From: a virus
Virus record (IMG/VR): IMGVR_UViG_3300045988_154892
Direction: 5' to 3' (one strand)
Length of the DNA: 64,000 nt
Shown here: positions 43,291 to 52,437 of the stretch, one piece after another
How the letters are laid out: each line of letters opens with the position of its first letter
Numbering within the stretch: the first letter of the stretch is position 1
Notes under the pieces: generated by a model
Databases searched by the model: none
Seen by the model: only the letters and a program-made list of their open reading frames with translations
What the model was told of the DNA's origin: nothing
Translations under genes and position numbers: made by a program

Positions 43291-44214
43291 AAAAATTTAT
43301 TCATTATCAAAAGGATTTTAGAAGATATGAATTTATCAGACGAAGCGTTTACCGTATGGTGTGGATTACGAAATATTTTACAAAAAGATAGAGAAAAATA
43401 TTTTGTATCTTACAGTTCTATTGGCTTTGAAATATTTGACCGTCAAGTTAATAGATACGAGACAAATGCAATTAAAAAAGGATTTAATGAACTTACAAAA
43501 AGAGAATATATCAATGTAATTACATCGTGCAATACAACAGATTTTATAATTGACTTATCTGCATTGTTTTATAATGGGAACGAATTTTTCTCGGATATTA
43601 CAAGAGAAGAAATGCATAAGATTATGAATATTGATAGCAAATGCGATAAATATAAATTATTAAGGTATTTTGCATGTCAAGTAGGGACATTTAACCGTAG
43701 TGATGATATGAGAAGATATAAAGGAAAAATTGGAGGAATAAGTATAGATTATTTCGAAAAATTAATTCCGATTAATAAATCTACGGTCATTTCTTTCAAT
43801 CGCATCTTAGAGCAAAATGAATTGCTTTTCGTAATTAGGCATAAAGACTTTTATCAAAGTAAATTTCAAAATGGTTCCAGTGAGATCAGGGAAATCCCAA
43901 ATACATATAGTCGTTGGAAAGATAGAAAACTCGCCCAGGAATTTGCAGAAGAGCAACATGGATATAAATATGAAGTAACAGAAAAAGGTTTACGCACTGA
44001 CGCAGCGAATAAAAATCGTTCACTAGGTCAGAAGCTTAACAACTACATTTGCAATCATATTGAATATGATGATGCTACAGTCGAAGAAATGCGAGAATAT
44101 GCAGAAAAGAAAAACACAAGACTGAAGAATAAATATGAAGACGAGATATCTAAAGGTTATCATCCTGAAGAGCCGGTGTATATTGACATGACTGTGTTTA
44201 GAGCAGTCGGATGA
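43288..44214 (+). CDS. hypothetical protein (replication-organiser-like? unproven)
   Basis: 308-aa ORF after an AT-rich repeat/hairpin region; no motif recognised. Confidence 0.45.
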   Translation: MKNLFIIKRILEDMNLSDEAFTVWCGLRNILQKDREKYFVSYSSIGFEIFDRQVNRYETNAIKKGFNELTKREYINVITSCNTTDFIIDLSALFYNGNEFFSDITREEMHKIMNIDSKCDKYKLLRYFACQVGTFNRSDDMRRYKGKIGGISIDYFEKLIPINKSTVISFNRILEQNELLFVIRHKDFYQSKFQNGSSEIREIPNTYSRWKDRKLAQEFAEEQHGYKYEVTEKGLRTDAANKNRSLGQKLNNYICNHIEYDDATVEEMREYAEKKNTRLKNKYEDEISKGYHPEEPVYIDMTVFRAVG

Positions 44215-44227
44215 AATATGTCTTTCA
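44212..44227 (+). repeat. junction motif TGAAA-N6-TTTCA
   Basis: TGAAATATGTCTTTCA; its TGA is the upstream stop codon. Confidence 0.7.
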
Positions 44228-44260
44228 GAGGAGAGAATAAATATTCGAGGAGGTGATAAT

Positions 44261-44431
44261 GTGAATCCAATTTTGATCTTTGGAGCAGTATTAGTTACAG
44301 TAATTTTATGGTTTCTGTTGACTTTTCTGTTCCAGCCATTAGGAAAATTCCTACTTCGTATCATAGACGATACGATAGAAACAATGGAAGACGATGAAAA
44401 ACATAAAGAAAAGGAGAAGAAAGAAAAATGA
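44261..44431 (+). CDS. 56-aa membrane protein
   Basis: GTG behind CGAGGAGGTG; one TM segment then an acidic/basic tail; ATGA overlap with the SPFH gene. Confidence 0.4.
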   Translation: MNPILIFGAVLVTVILWFLLTFLFQPLGKFLLRIIDDTIETMEDDEKHKEKEKKEK

Positions 44432-45354
44432 AAAATGGTAAATTAGGTGGAATTGTTTTAGGAGTAGTTCTTGCAGCAGGTTTGATCGTTGGTATCAAAT
44501 GTATGGAAAGAGTTCCAGCAGGATATGTAGGAGTTGTGTATAACTTCTCAAGCGGAATTTCCGATCAGGTGCTAACACAGGGATGGCATTTTGTATCTCC
44601 TACGAAAAAAGTAACTACATATTCGGTTGGTATTGAGCAGTCATACCTTACATCCGAAGATAAGGGTGATTCTCCAAAAGATGAGAGTTTTTCTACACCA
44701 ACATCTGACGGAAAATCTCTTACTGTAGATCTGGAGTTTTCATACAAATTTGATCCAGATAGAATCACAAAGACATTTACGATGTTTAAAGGTCAGTCTG
44801 GAGAGACTGTAAAAAATACGTTTATCAAGCCAAAGATGAGAGCTTGGACACAGGAAGTTACAGCAAAATTCCCTGTTACTGATGTATTTGGGGACAAACG
44901 TCAGGAATTAAATGAAGCTCTTGATGTATATCTGAAACAAAAATTTGAGCCATATGGTATTGTTATTGACACTGTTAATTTTACCAATATTGTAACGGAT
45001 TCGGAGACGTCTGCAGCGATCCAGAGAAAAGTAACTGCACAGCAGGAACTTGAGCTGGCAAATATCGAAGCAAAGACAGCTAAGGTACAGGCCGATAAAG
45101 ATAAAGAAGTGGCTCTTATTGCTGCAGAACAGGAAAAAGAAAAGGCTACAATCGAAGCAGAGCAGAAGAAGATCCAGGCTGAAGGTGAAGCGGAAGCTAC
45201 AAGAATCAAAGCAGAGGCGGAAGCTGAAGCGAATAAAAAGATTGCAGAATCTCTTACTCCAGAGCTGATTGAAAAGCAGAAGATTGAAAAGTGGAGCGGC
45301 GAGGTTCCGCAGGTACAGGGAAGTAATACTCCTATCGTAAGTATTGGAGAATAA
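44428..45354 (+). CDS. SPFH/band-7 (prohibitin/HflC-like) membrane protein
   Basis: N-terminal TM, RVPAGYVGVVYNF...QGWHFVSP core, Ala/Glu/Lys coiled-coil tail. Confidence 0.85.
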   Translation: MKNGKLGGIVLGVVLAAGLIVGIKCMERVPAGYVGVVYNFSSGISDQVLTQGWHFVSPTKKVTTYSVGIEQSYLTSEDKGDSPKDESFSTPTSDGKSLTVDLEFSYKFDPDRITKTFTMFKGQSGETVKNTFIKPKMRAWTQEVTAKFPVTDVFGDKRQELNEALDVYLKQKFEPYGIVIDTVNFTNIVTDSETSAAIQRKVTAQQELELANIEAKTAKVQADKDKEVALIAAEQEKEKATIEAEQKKIQAEGEAEATRIKAEAEAEANKKIAESLTPELIEKQKIEKWSGEVPQVQGSNTPIVSIGE

Positions 45355-45359
45355 TATTT

Positions 45360-45396
45360 TGTCATCCGTGGTGTCATAGCTACGGATGACATTTAT
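45360..45396 (+). terminator. rho-independent terminator
   Basis: 10-bp stem TGTCATCCGT / ACGGATGACA, then TTTAT. Confidence 0.7.
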
Positions 45397-45420
45397 AAAA
45401 ATATAAAGGAGAAAATACAT

Positions 45421-46050
45421 ATGAAGAAAAAATTAGTGGCAGGAATTCTAATGGCAGCACTTGCGGTATCATGTCTTACTGGATGTGAAGGGTTGAATAG
45501 CGAAGTAAACGATCTAAATGGGTCTATTACGGGTAATACATATAATGCTTCATTTTATACGAATGAAGGTGAAAAGTTCATGGATATGAGCGGACAGAAA
45601 ATTGACCTGGATTCCAATATTGTAGAAGAAGAAACGTATTCAGATGGCAGTTGGGGTTATACGAAAAAATTGTCCAGCGTAGTTACAGTCACAATTGATG
45701 GTAAAGAAGTGGAGAACTGCGGTACTACAATGATCTTTGCGGAAAAAGGACTAAATCCTGATGTGGATTTTCAAAGTCCAGAAGTAATTAATAGTAAAAC
45801 TGATGGCAGTCTTGGAGAGAATGTTATCATTGCAAGCGTTGTCAATAGATTTAAGAATTATTTTGGAAAGGCTCGTGTAGTAGTTATCCAGTCTCAGCTT
45901 GGTGATCCGATTTATGCTTATTCTGGCGATAGTGTGTATTATGAGGTATGCGAAGATTTACCGAAAACGACAAAATTAATGATTGATGGAAAGGCGCTGT
46001 ATATTCACAGAGCTAATTTCCAGATTATCGACAAAGAACTATTGAATTGA
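45421..46050 (+). CDS. lipoprotein
   Basis: Signal peptide with lipobox LTGC (MKKKLVAGILMAALAVSCLTGC). Confidence 0.75.
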   Translation: MKKKLVAGILMAALAVSCLTGCEGLNSEVNDLNGSITGNTYNASFYTNEGEKFMDMSGQKIDLDSNIVEEETYSDGSWGYTKKLSSVVTVTIDGKEVENCGTTMIFAEKGLNPDVDFQSPEVINSKTDGSLGENVIIASVVNRFKNYFGKARVVVIQSQLGDPIYAYSGDSVYYEVCEDLPKTTKLMIDGKALYIHRANFQIIDKELLN

Positions 46051-46063
46051 GGGAGAACATAAT

Positions 46064-46357
46064 ATGGATAAATCAGTATTAGTCATGGATACGCCTAAAA
46101 CATGTTTAGACTGTATGTTTTGTTTCGAATTAGATGAAGGAATTGAAGCTTGCTGTTCTGTGGCAGCAGACGAGGAAGATAAAAGTTTATGCAAAGAAAT
46201 TATCTGTGAAAATGGTTATTGTAACAATAAACCAGATTGGTGTCCGTTAAAGGAACTACCAAAAGAAGAAAACGGATATGCAGATCTATGTAGTTTCGAT
46301 CGTGGTTGGACAGCAGGTTTTAATACATGTCTGCAAAGAATTAATGGAGAAAAGTAA
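46064..46357 (+). CDS. Cys-rich hypothetical protein
   Basis: ATG behind GAGGGAG; 11 Cys in 97 aa. Confidence 0.5.
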   Translation: MDKSVLVMDTPKTCLDCMFCFELDEGIEACCSVAADEEDKSLCKEIICENGYCNNKPDWCPLKELPKEENGYADLCSFDRGWTAGFNTCLQRINGEK

Positions 46358-46983
46358 TGTATAGATATATTGCAGATTTACATATAGGATGTACGAATTC
46401 TTTTGAACATCGTACATTGGAGCATGATGAAATTCTTGTGAAGAATTGGAATTCTGTTGTCAATAATAATGACGTGACGTTCATTCTAGGCGATATTGGA
46501 AGATGTGGAACTAACAAAGACAATGAATATTTGTGTTCTGTTATATCAAGACTTAAATCTAAAAAAATTTTAGTGGTCGGAAATCATGACGAGTCAGGAT
46601 TGAAAGATTATAGGGTAAAACAGTTATTTGAAACTGTGGTTGATTATTTTGAACTTACTGATAATTACAATGATATCAATCAAAAACTTGTGCTTTCTCA
46701 TTATCCTATCTTCTCGTGGAATGGTTGTTATAAAGATACAGTTCTTCTTTATGGTCATACACATGGTAATTTCGATGACACTATCTATCAGGATTCTCTG
46801 GAAAAACTCAGATATAAAGTAAGACAATTAAATATAGAGAATAAAGAAGTGAAGAAATTCAAAAACCTTCCTTATGCTTATAACGTTGGTGCAATGATGG
46901 GTTGGATCAATTATTGCCCTAGAACATGGGAAGAAATTAAGGATCAAATATTTATAAGAAAGGTTGAAGGGCGAAATGAATAA
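46357..46983 (+). CDS. calcineurin-like metallophosphoesterase
   Basis: IADLHIG, ILGDIG, VVGNHD, GHTHG. Confidence 0.8.
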   Translation: MYRYIADLHIGCTNSFEHRTLEHDEILVKNWNSVVNNNDVTFILGDIGRCGTNKDNEYLCSVISRLKSKKILVVGNHDESGLKDYRVKQLFETVVDYFELTDNYNDINQKLVLSHYPIFSWNGCYKDTVLLYGHTHGNFDDTIYQDSLEKLRYKVRQLNIENKEVKKFKNLPYAYNVGAMMGWINYCPRTWEEIKDQIFIRKVEGRNE

Positions 46984-47389
46984 AGTATATATTGTTACAT
47001 CTGGAACGTATTCAGATTACGCAATTGAAGAAGTGTTTGACAATCGTGAAGATGCAGAAAAATATATTTGTTTACACGACAATGACAGTTATTTGGATAT
47101 GCGTGTAGAAGAATATGATATTTACAAAAATGCAGAATTAAAAAATGTAAAAGTTCATTACGGTATTTATTTTATTATGCGTGAAAATGGAATCAACTTT
47201 TTTGATATTGTATACGACAACAAACCTATTGAAACAAATATTAATAGATCTAAACATAACTATTCAAAAAGTTACGATGGTACATTGCCGTTATCCAATA
47301 GAAATATTTTTAAAGATAAAGATGTTGTAAAGAAAATCGTATATGATGCGGTCGCAAAATTTAAAGCTGAAGAAGCTGGAATCTGTTAG
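46976..47389 (+). CDS. hypothetical protein
   Basis: ORF in array; start moved to the ATG after GAAGGG. Confidence 0.45.
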   Translation: MNKVYIVTSGTYSDYAIEEVFDNREDAEKYICLHDNDSYLDMRVEEYDIYKNAELKNVKVHYGIYFIMRENGINFFDIVYDNKPIETNINRSKHNYSKSYDGTLPLSNRNIFKDKDVVKKIVYDAVAKFKAEEAGIC

Positions 47390-47396
47390 GAGAATT

Positions 47397-47630
47397 ATGC
47401 TTGAGAGATTAAATAAGATTATAGAATCAAAACCATTTAAGAATGCAGCTAGAAAAACGGGCAATGTGGTCAAAGTAACATTATCAGTATATTTTATTCC
47501 TATTATTATATCTGTTGCGCTGATTCCAGTGATACATGAATGGTTCTTTATCTTAGCAATTGTTATGTTGTTTTCAACGTATCCATTTTCTAAATGGTTA
47601 ATTAAGTTACTAGAAGAGGGGAGATTGTAA
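47397..47630 (+). CDS. small membrane protein
   Basis: ATG behind TAGGAGAA; two hydrophobic helices. Confidence 0.5.
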   Translation: MLERLNKIIESKPFKNAARKTGNVVKVTLSVYFIPIIISVALIPVIHEWFFILAIVMLFSTYPFSKWLIKLLEEGRL

Positions 47631-47671
47631 TGTTCTATTCAGTTAATGTTTATTTTGATGGAGAATAAAAT

Positions 47672-48064
47672 ATGGTAGTTAGTTTTAGCAGAAACATCTT
47701 TTTGAAGTTGTATTGCAGAATTGAAAATAAAATCATAAACATAGACGGTAAAAGATGAAGAAATGGCAGACATAAATGTAGATGTCATGTATGTGGCAAG
47801 GTTTTGTATTCTAAGAAAGATAAGTATAGTCCAAAAGAATGCGGTTGGATGAGATTAAAAGACAAGAAAATTTACGATCCATGGATTTGTCATTCATGTT
47901 TGGAACATTATAAACATGGTAAATGGAATGTTTTAGATAATTGTAGTAATACAGGTGTGTGTTGTTCTGAATGCGGAAAGAAGGTGTACAGGTCTGGTTA
48001 TGCGAATCAGAAAGTAAAATCAAACTTCTGTCCGAACTGTGGAGCGAAAATGGATGTGAATTGA
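47672..48064 (+). pseudogene. four-CxxC zinc-ribbon protein interrupted by an in-frame TGA (47756-47758); alternatively TTG start at 47804
   Basis: Strong SD (ATGGAGAATA) serves only ATG 47672. After the TGA the same frame continues KCRCHVCGK with no canonical start before TTG 47804, which would drop the first CxxC. Confidence 0.4.
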
Positions 48065-48078
48065 TTGGAGGAATAACG

Positions 48079-48471
48079 ATGGAGAACAAGACATTGACGG
48101 ATATCTATCTGATTTGTAAGGGTTGGTATAACAAGAGTCTACATAAAAACGAACTAGAAGCAATGAATTCATATTATCATAAACACTATGGATGCGATGA
48201 TATTACAGTTGACGTACCGTTTGTACTTCATTTGTTTCTTTATCCTTTAACATTGGAAATTATAAAAAGAGATCCTGATAAAGCAAAATTTCTTTTTATG
48301 GACGTGCAATTCGGAGAAAATAATCAATTATTTGTTAATGTCATGTATAGGCGAATTATACATATGATTATTCAATGTACCATTGGAACATTCAATCTGT
48401 CAGAATACGAAGAAATGTTTGACGCAGCAAAAGAGTGTAATTATGAAGATGAAACACTTGGGATTATATAA
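48079..48471 (+). CDS. hypothetical protein
   Basis: ATG behind TTGGAGG. Confidence 0.5.
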   Translation: MENKTLTDIYLICKGWYNKSLHKNELEAMNSYYHKHYGCDDITVDVPFVLHLFLYPLTLEIIKRDPDKAKFLFMDVQFGENNQLFVNVMYRRIIHMIIQCTIGTFNLSEYEEMFDAAKECNYEDETLGII

Positions 48472-48487
48472 TGAAAGCGATATTTCG
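48472..48487 (+). repeat. junction motif TGAAA-N6-TTTCG (one mismatch)
   Basis: TGAAAGCGATATTTCG; TAGGAGAATA downstream. Confidence 0.55.
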
Positions 48488-48597
48488 TTAGGAGAATAAA
48501 TATTGTGTATGGTCAGGGAAATCGTATGAAAGAATATTATAAAAATATACCAAAAGCAAAATTGATGAGAAAATTATGGATGGAAGTGTGAAAGAAT

Positions 48598-48903
48598 ATG
48601 AAGGAATCTAATTATATCAAATACAGTAAGCCATATCCTACCATTGGAGAATTAATCAAGGACAATGATTATGATTATGTGTCTTATAGAATCGATTATC
48701 CAGGCTGTGATGAAGAACATGGGACGTTTGCAGGTTGTTTCGCTGCTGTAGATGGAAGAATTGTTCCGCTGGATGGAGATAGCTATAGTCTCGAAGAAGA
48801 GGTTATAGAATCTTATGAGTGGAATGATCCAGACGAAGGAATTGAGAATGGATTTCTGGTAGTGGTTATTGGAGATGTAATGAGGATGAATTATAAGAGG
48901 TAG
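48598..48903 (+). CDS. hypothetical protein
   Basis: ORF in array, weak SD. Confidence 0.45.
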   Translation: MKESNYIKYSKPYPTIGELIKDNDYDYVSYRIDYPGCDEEHGTFAGCFAAVDGRIVPLDGDSYSLEEEVIESYEWNDPDEGIENGFLVVVIGDVMRMNYKR

Positions 48904-48909
48904 AAAAAG

Positions 48910-49326
48910 ATGTTAAATAAAGAAAAATATAGAGAAAAAATTTTTGAGATTGCTGTTAATCATGATACATGTGGAGTCAAAAATGGAGAAGTGCGTTCAT
49001 GTGGAGAATTAAGTTGTTATGATTGTGATTTTTATAGTTCAGATCATTGCGATATGGATTTTCAAAAATGGGCAAATTCTGGATATAAGGAACCAGAAAT
49101 TGACTGGTCAAAAGTTCCAGTGGATACGCCCGTGTTGGTAGGAAATGACAAAAATGATCTATGGATGCGAAGATACTTTTGTAAATATTGTAATTTAGCT
49201 AATGATTATAAATTCGAAGTTTTTTCTGAAGGTAGAACATCTTGGTCTTCTAAAGGAGACAGTTATTGTTATCCATATTGTAAATTTGCGAGAGAAGAAG
49301 ACATTGAAAAATACAGAAAGGTATAA
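48910..49326 (+). CDS. hypothetical Cys-rich protein
   Basis: ATG behind AAGAGGT. Confidence 0.5.
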   Translation: MLNKEKYREKIFEIAVNHDTCGVKNGEVRSCGELSCYDCDFYSSDHCDMDFQKWANSGYKEPEIDWSKVPVDTPVLVGNDKNDLWMRRYFCKYCNLANDYKFEVFSEGRTSWSSKGDSYCYPYCKFAREEDIEKYRKV

Positions 49327-49386
49327 ATATGAATCAAAAAAATATGAATACGTTATAGTGTTTAATAATTGATAGGAGTGATAAAC

Positions 49387-49608
49387 ATGATTAATATCAA
49401 AGAAAAAGAATTAAAACCATGCCCGTTCTGCGGGTGGACTAAATTAAGAATTGGTCAAAAGACAAGATATTCGAAAGTTGCATATTTTGTGATTTGCAAT
49501 AAGTGTCATGCTAGAGGCGGAACGTGTAGTGTAGATACTTATAGAAAAGAAGAGGAACACGATAAAACAAAATGCGAAGCAATTCGAAAATGGAATGAGA
49601 GAATATAA
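49387..49608 (+). CDS. lar: Lar-family restriction-alleviation-like protein
   Basis: LKPCPFCG ... VICNKCHARG ... AIRKWNER matches the Lar pattern as I recall it. Confidence 0.6.
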   Translation: MINIKEKELKPCPFCGWTKLRIGQKTRYSKVAYFVICNKCHARGGTCSVDTYRKEEEHDKTKCEAIRKWNERI

Positions 49609-49610
49609 TT

Positions 49611-50054
49611 ATGAATCAATTGGAAGAGGCATTGAGAGAGCAAATTGATTATTGTGTAAAGATGGAACATTTCCATAGTGCAGTTTTCTGTTCTACACAG
49701 GAGAAAAAAATAATTGTAGAAAAATCATTAGATAAGATTTTAGAAAACATTCCAAAAGAATCACATTTATTTCTTTCTCGGCGTGATAACACATCTGTTT
49801 TATTCTTTTCAAATTCAAGTGTCTTGAGAGTTTTCAATTTGTCGGATTTAAAAACTAATCGAGGTTATAAGTGCAATGGATGCATCATCGACAAAGAAAT
49901 GCCACAGGAATTAAAAGAAATTTTGGTGTATGCTCGAATAATTCCTAGGACATTTACTATGAACGGAGAATATGACTACGAAACATGGGACGCTGTTAAA
50001 GAGAGGGTTAAAGAAGTATGGTGGCCAGATACGATAGATGAATTAAGTTGTTAG
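49611..50054 (+). CDS. hypothetical protein
   Basis: ORF in array. Confidence 0.5.
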   Translation: MNQLEEALREQIDYCVKMEHFHSAVFCSTQEKKIIVEKSLDKILENIPKESHLFLSRRDNTSVLFFSNSSVLRVFNLSDLKTNRGYKCNGCIIDKEMPQELKEILVYARIIPRTFTMNGEYDYETWDAVKERVKEVWWPDTIDELSC

Positions 50055-50104
50055 AAGAAAACGGATATGTTATTTTGTCGTATATCCAAATAAATGGGGT
50101 AGAT

Positions 50105-50404
50105 ATGGAATTTGAAAGACATTATCATAAGAGTGAGAAACTTTATATTGAATATTTAAATGTATATGGAACCGTGCATTTTGATTGTAATGAGTGTTTC
50201 TGTGGTAGATCATGGGTTCTTCTGACGGCAAGTAAAGGCGATGATTGGCATAAGCCATATACCATTACTGTGACTATTTGTGATCAGGATGACTATGATA
50301 TTGGACAAATTTATTATTGTAGTGAAGAAAATTTTATACAGGTTCTAAGGAAATTGATCAACTGGATGAATGATTTGGAACACGGAATGTGTTTTTTACG
50401 ATGA
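50105..50404 (+). CDS. hypothetical protein (start uncertain)
   Basis: ATG behind ATGGGGT; ORF is open from 50048. Confidence 0.4.
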   Translation: MEFERHYHKSEKLYIEYLNVYGTVHFDCNECFCGRSWVLLTASKGDDWHKPYTITVTICDQDDYDIGQIYYCSEENFIQVLRKLINWMNDLEHGMCFLR

Positions 50405-50467
50405 ATTAATTGTAGATGTAGAAAACTTCTTTCCAGATTGTGGTTGTAGAAAAGAGTGGAGGTAATT

Positions 50468-50782
50468 ATGGAACATATAGTTCAGTTTGGGATCAGTATT
50501 GATGATGATCAAATTAAGAAAACGATAGAGAACAATGTTAGATCTCAAGTTGTAGCGGAAATTAAAAAAGATTGTATGAAACAATTAATTGGAAATGACA
50601 ATGCAAGTGCTTATCAATATTCTCAGAAAATTAAAGACATGGTAAATGATAACATCAAGTCATTTTTAGAAGAAAATAAGGAAACTATTATTAAAGAAGC
50701 AGTGAATCAGTTAGCAGAAAAATTATCAAGAACGAAAGCTGCGAAGGAAGCTTTAAGTAAGACGATTGGAGACATGTTTTAA
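50468..50782 (+). CDS. hypothetical protein
   Basis: ATG behind GTGGAGG. Confidence 0.5.
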   Translation: MEHIVQFGISIDDDQIKKTIENNVRSQVVAEIKKDCMKQLIGNDNASAYQYSQKIKDMVNDNIKSFLEENKETIIKEAVNQLAEKLSRTKAAKEALSKTIGDMF

Positions 50783-50784
50783 CA

Positions 50785-51045
50785 ATGAAAACCAATATAC
50801 ATAAAGTAAATTACGATGGAACTCCAAACACGAATGGGAATTGGTGGGTATGGAGAGAAACATGTGATAGGTGTCAAAAATTGATATATGATGAGACAAC
50901 GCAGCATTCGGATTTTGAGGAAGCAGATGTGGATTTTTGTGCTGAATGTATCAGATATTTTATGAAAAAACATATTTCTTATAAAGAAGCTGAAATGAAA
51001 TACACAAAGAAGAATTTGAATTTCAATTCAGATGAAAAATTTTAA
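50785..51045 (+). CDS. hypothetical zinc-ribbon-like protein
   Basis: CDRC ... CAEC. Confidence 0.45.
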   Translation: MKTNIHKVNYDGTPNTNGNWWVWRETCDRCQKLIYDETTQHSDFEEADVDFCAECIRYFMKKHISYKEAEMKYTKKNLNFNSDEKF

Positions 51046-51075
51046 CTAAGAAATTGCACTTTCATAGGAGAAAAT

Positions 51076-51297
51076 ATGGTCAAAGAATATTGTGATATTT
51101 GTGGTAAAAAAGCGAAAACCACGAAGTACGTACTACCTTTTCGGTACAAAGAAAAAGCGAATGATAAATTTAACAATACAATCTTGTGTTTTGATGTGGT
51201 AAAACCAACGGAAGTAGATTTATGTACAAATTGTGCTTGGGATATAAATTCGTTAATATGTTATGATATTAAACAGGTCTTAGATAGAAATAAATAA
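51076..51297 (+). CDS. hypothetical zinc-ribbon-like protein
   Basis: ATG behind TAGGAGAA; CDIC ... CTNC. Confidence 0.5.
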   Translation: MVKEYCDICGKKAKTTKYVLPFRYKEKANDKFNNTILCFDVVKPTEVDLCTNCAWDINSLICYDIKQVLDRNK

Positions 51298-51344
51298 TTT
51301 ATGAGTGTTCGCTCAAATAATTTCACAGAATAGGAAAATTAAAT

Positions 51345-52211
51345 ATGGGAATTACAGCAAAGAGTTATTTTAGTGGAGCTGGTGGCATGGATCTTGGGAT
51401 TAAAGAAGCCGGTATCAACATTTTAGAGTCATTTGAAATTGACAAGAAATGTTGTGATACTTTGCGAAAAAATTTTAATCATAAGGTTAACGAATGTGAT
51501 ATTGCCAAAATAACAGTATTAGATCAGCAGGATGCGGACGTTTACATTGGGACATTTCCGTGTACTAAATATTCAACTGCTGCAGACATTAATGGAACAC
51601 GAACAGGCGATGATTTGTTTTTACATTTCTTTCGACATATTGTATTAGCAAAACCAGAAATGTATGTTGTTGAGAATGTGCCTGGAATGCTTAAGTTTAG
51701 AGTTGTTATGGAAGCACTGACAAAACTTCCGGATTATTACGTTCGAATTGAATGTCCAGTTAATGCGAATATGTGGTCGCCACAGGAAAGAAAGCGACTG
51801 ATTCTAATTGGCAGTAAAAAGCCTTTTAGTCGTTTTGAATATCCAGAAAGAAAACCATTGAGATTGAAAGATATTCTGGAAAAAGATAGTGAAGTAGATA
51901 TTCCGCAATATGTTTTGAATCGTATTAATGGAAAATACAGGGACAACCCAATTGTATCTGATCCAGAAAATGATGATCTTGCACCAACATGTGTTGCTCA
52001 CTATGCAAAGGATAAAGGGACAAGATTAATTAAGGATGGAAAGAGAATAAGACCATATACGGTTAGAGAATATGCGAGACTACAAGGATTTCCTGATTGG
52101 TTTCAGTTTTGCGGAACTGATAATGATGCTTATCGTCAAATTGGTAATGCAGTGGCGGTACCTATGGGTAGATGGATTGGAGAACAGATTGTAAGATATT
52201 TCGAACAATAG
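51345..52211 (+). CDS. dcm: DNA (cytosine-5)-methyltransferase, second copy
   Basis: YFSGAGGMDLG, TFPCTKYS, VVENVPGM, QIGNAVAVP. Confidence 0.9.
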   Translation: MGITAKSYFSGAGGMDLGIKEAGINILESFEIDKKCCDTLRKNFNHKVNECDIAKITVLDQQDADVYIGTFPCTKYSTAADINGTRTGDDLFLHFFRHIVLAKPEMYVVENVPGMLKFRVVMEALTKLPDYYVRIECPVNANMWSPQERKRLILIGSKKPFSRFEYPERKPLRLKDILEKDSEVDIPQYVLNRINGKYRDNPIVSDPENDDLAPTCVAHYAKDKGTRLIKDGKRIRPYTVREYARLQGFPDWFQFCGTDNDAYRQIGNAVAVPMGRWIGEQIVRYFEQ

Positions 52212-52262
52212 GAGATAGGTATGGAAGAAGTTTTGTTTCATTTGGAGGGTAAAAAATAAATA

Positions 52263-52424
52263 ATGACTACAAAAGAAAAAGAACTTAAAGAGGAATACGA
52301 AAAATTCATACTAACAAAAGAAGGTAAGGAATGGATAAATCATTGGCAGAAGATAATTGGTTCTGATACTGGCGGAGACTTTGGAGATTATTTATATGAT
52401 TTCTATCCTGAAATGATTTCTTAG
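52263..52424 (+). CDS. hypothetical 53-aa protein
   Basis: ATG behind TTGGAGGG. Confidence 0.4.
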   Translation: MTTKEKELKEEYEKFILTKEGKEWINHWQKIIGSDTGGDFGDYLYDFYPEMIS

Positions 52425-52437
52425 GAAGGAGAATATT

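Noticed and set aside
44901-45420. Two long minus-strand ORFs and a + strand alternate-frame ORF (45050-45268) over the SPFH gene tail
   Set aside because: They are produced by the low-complexity GAA/GCA/AAG coiled-coil coding repeat, which is stop-free in several frames. The SPFH frame has the family motifs.
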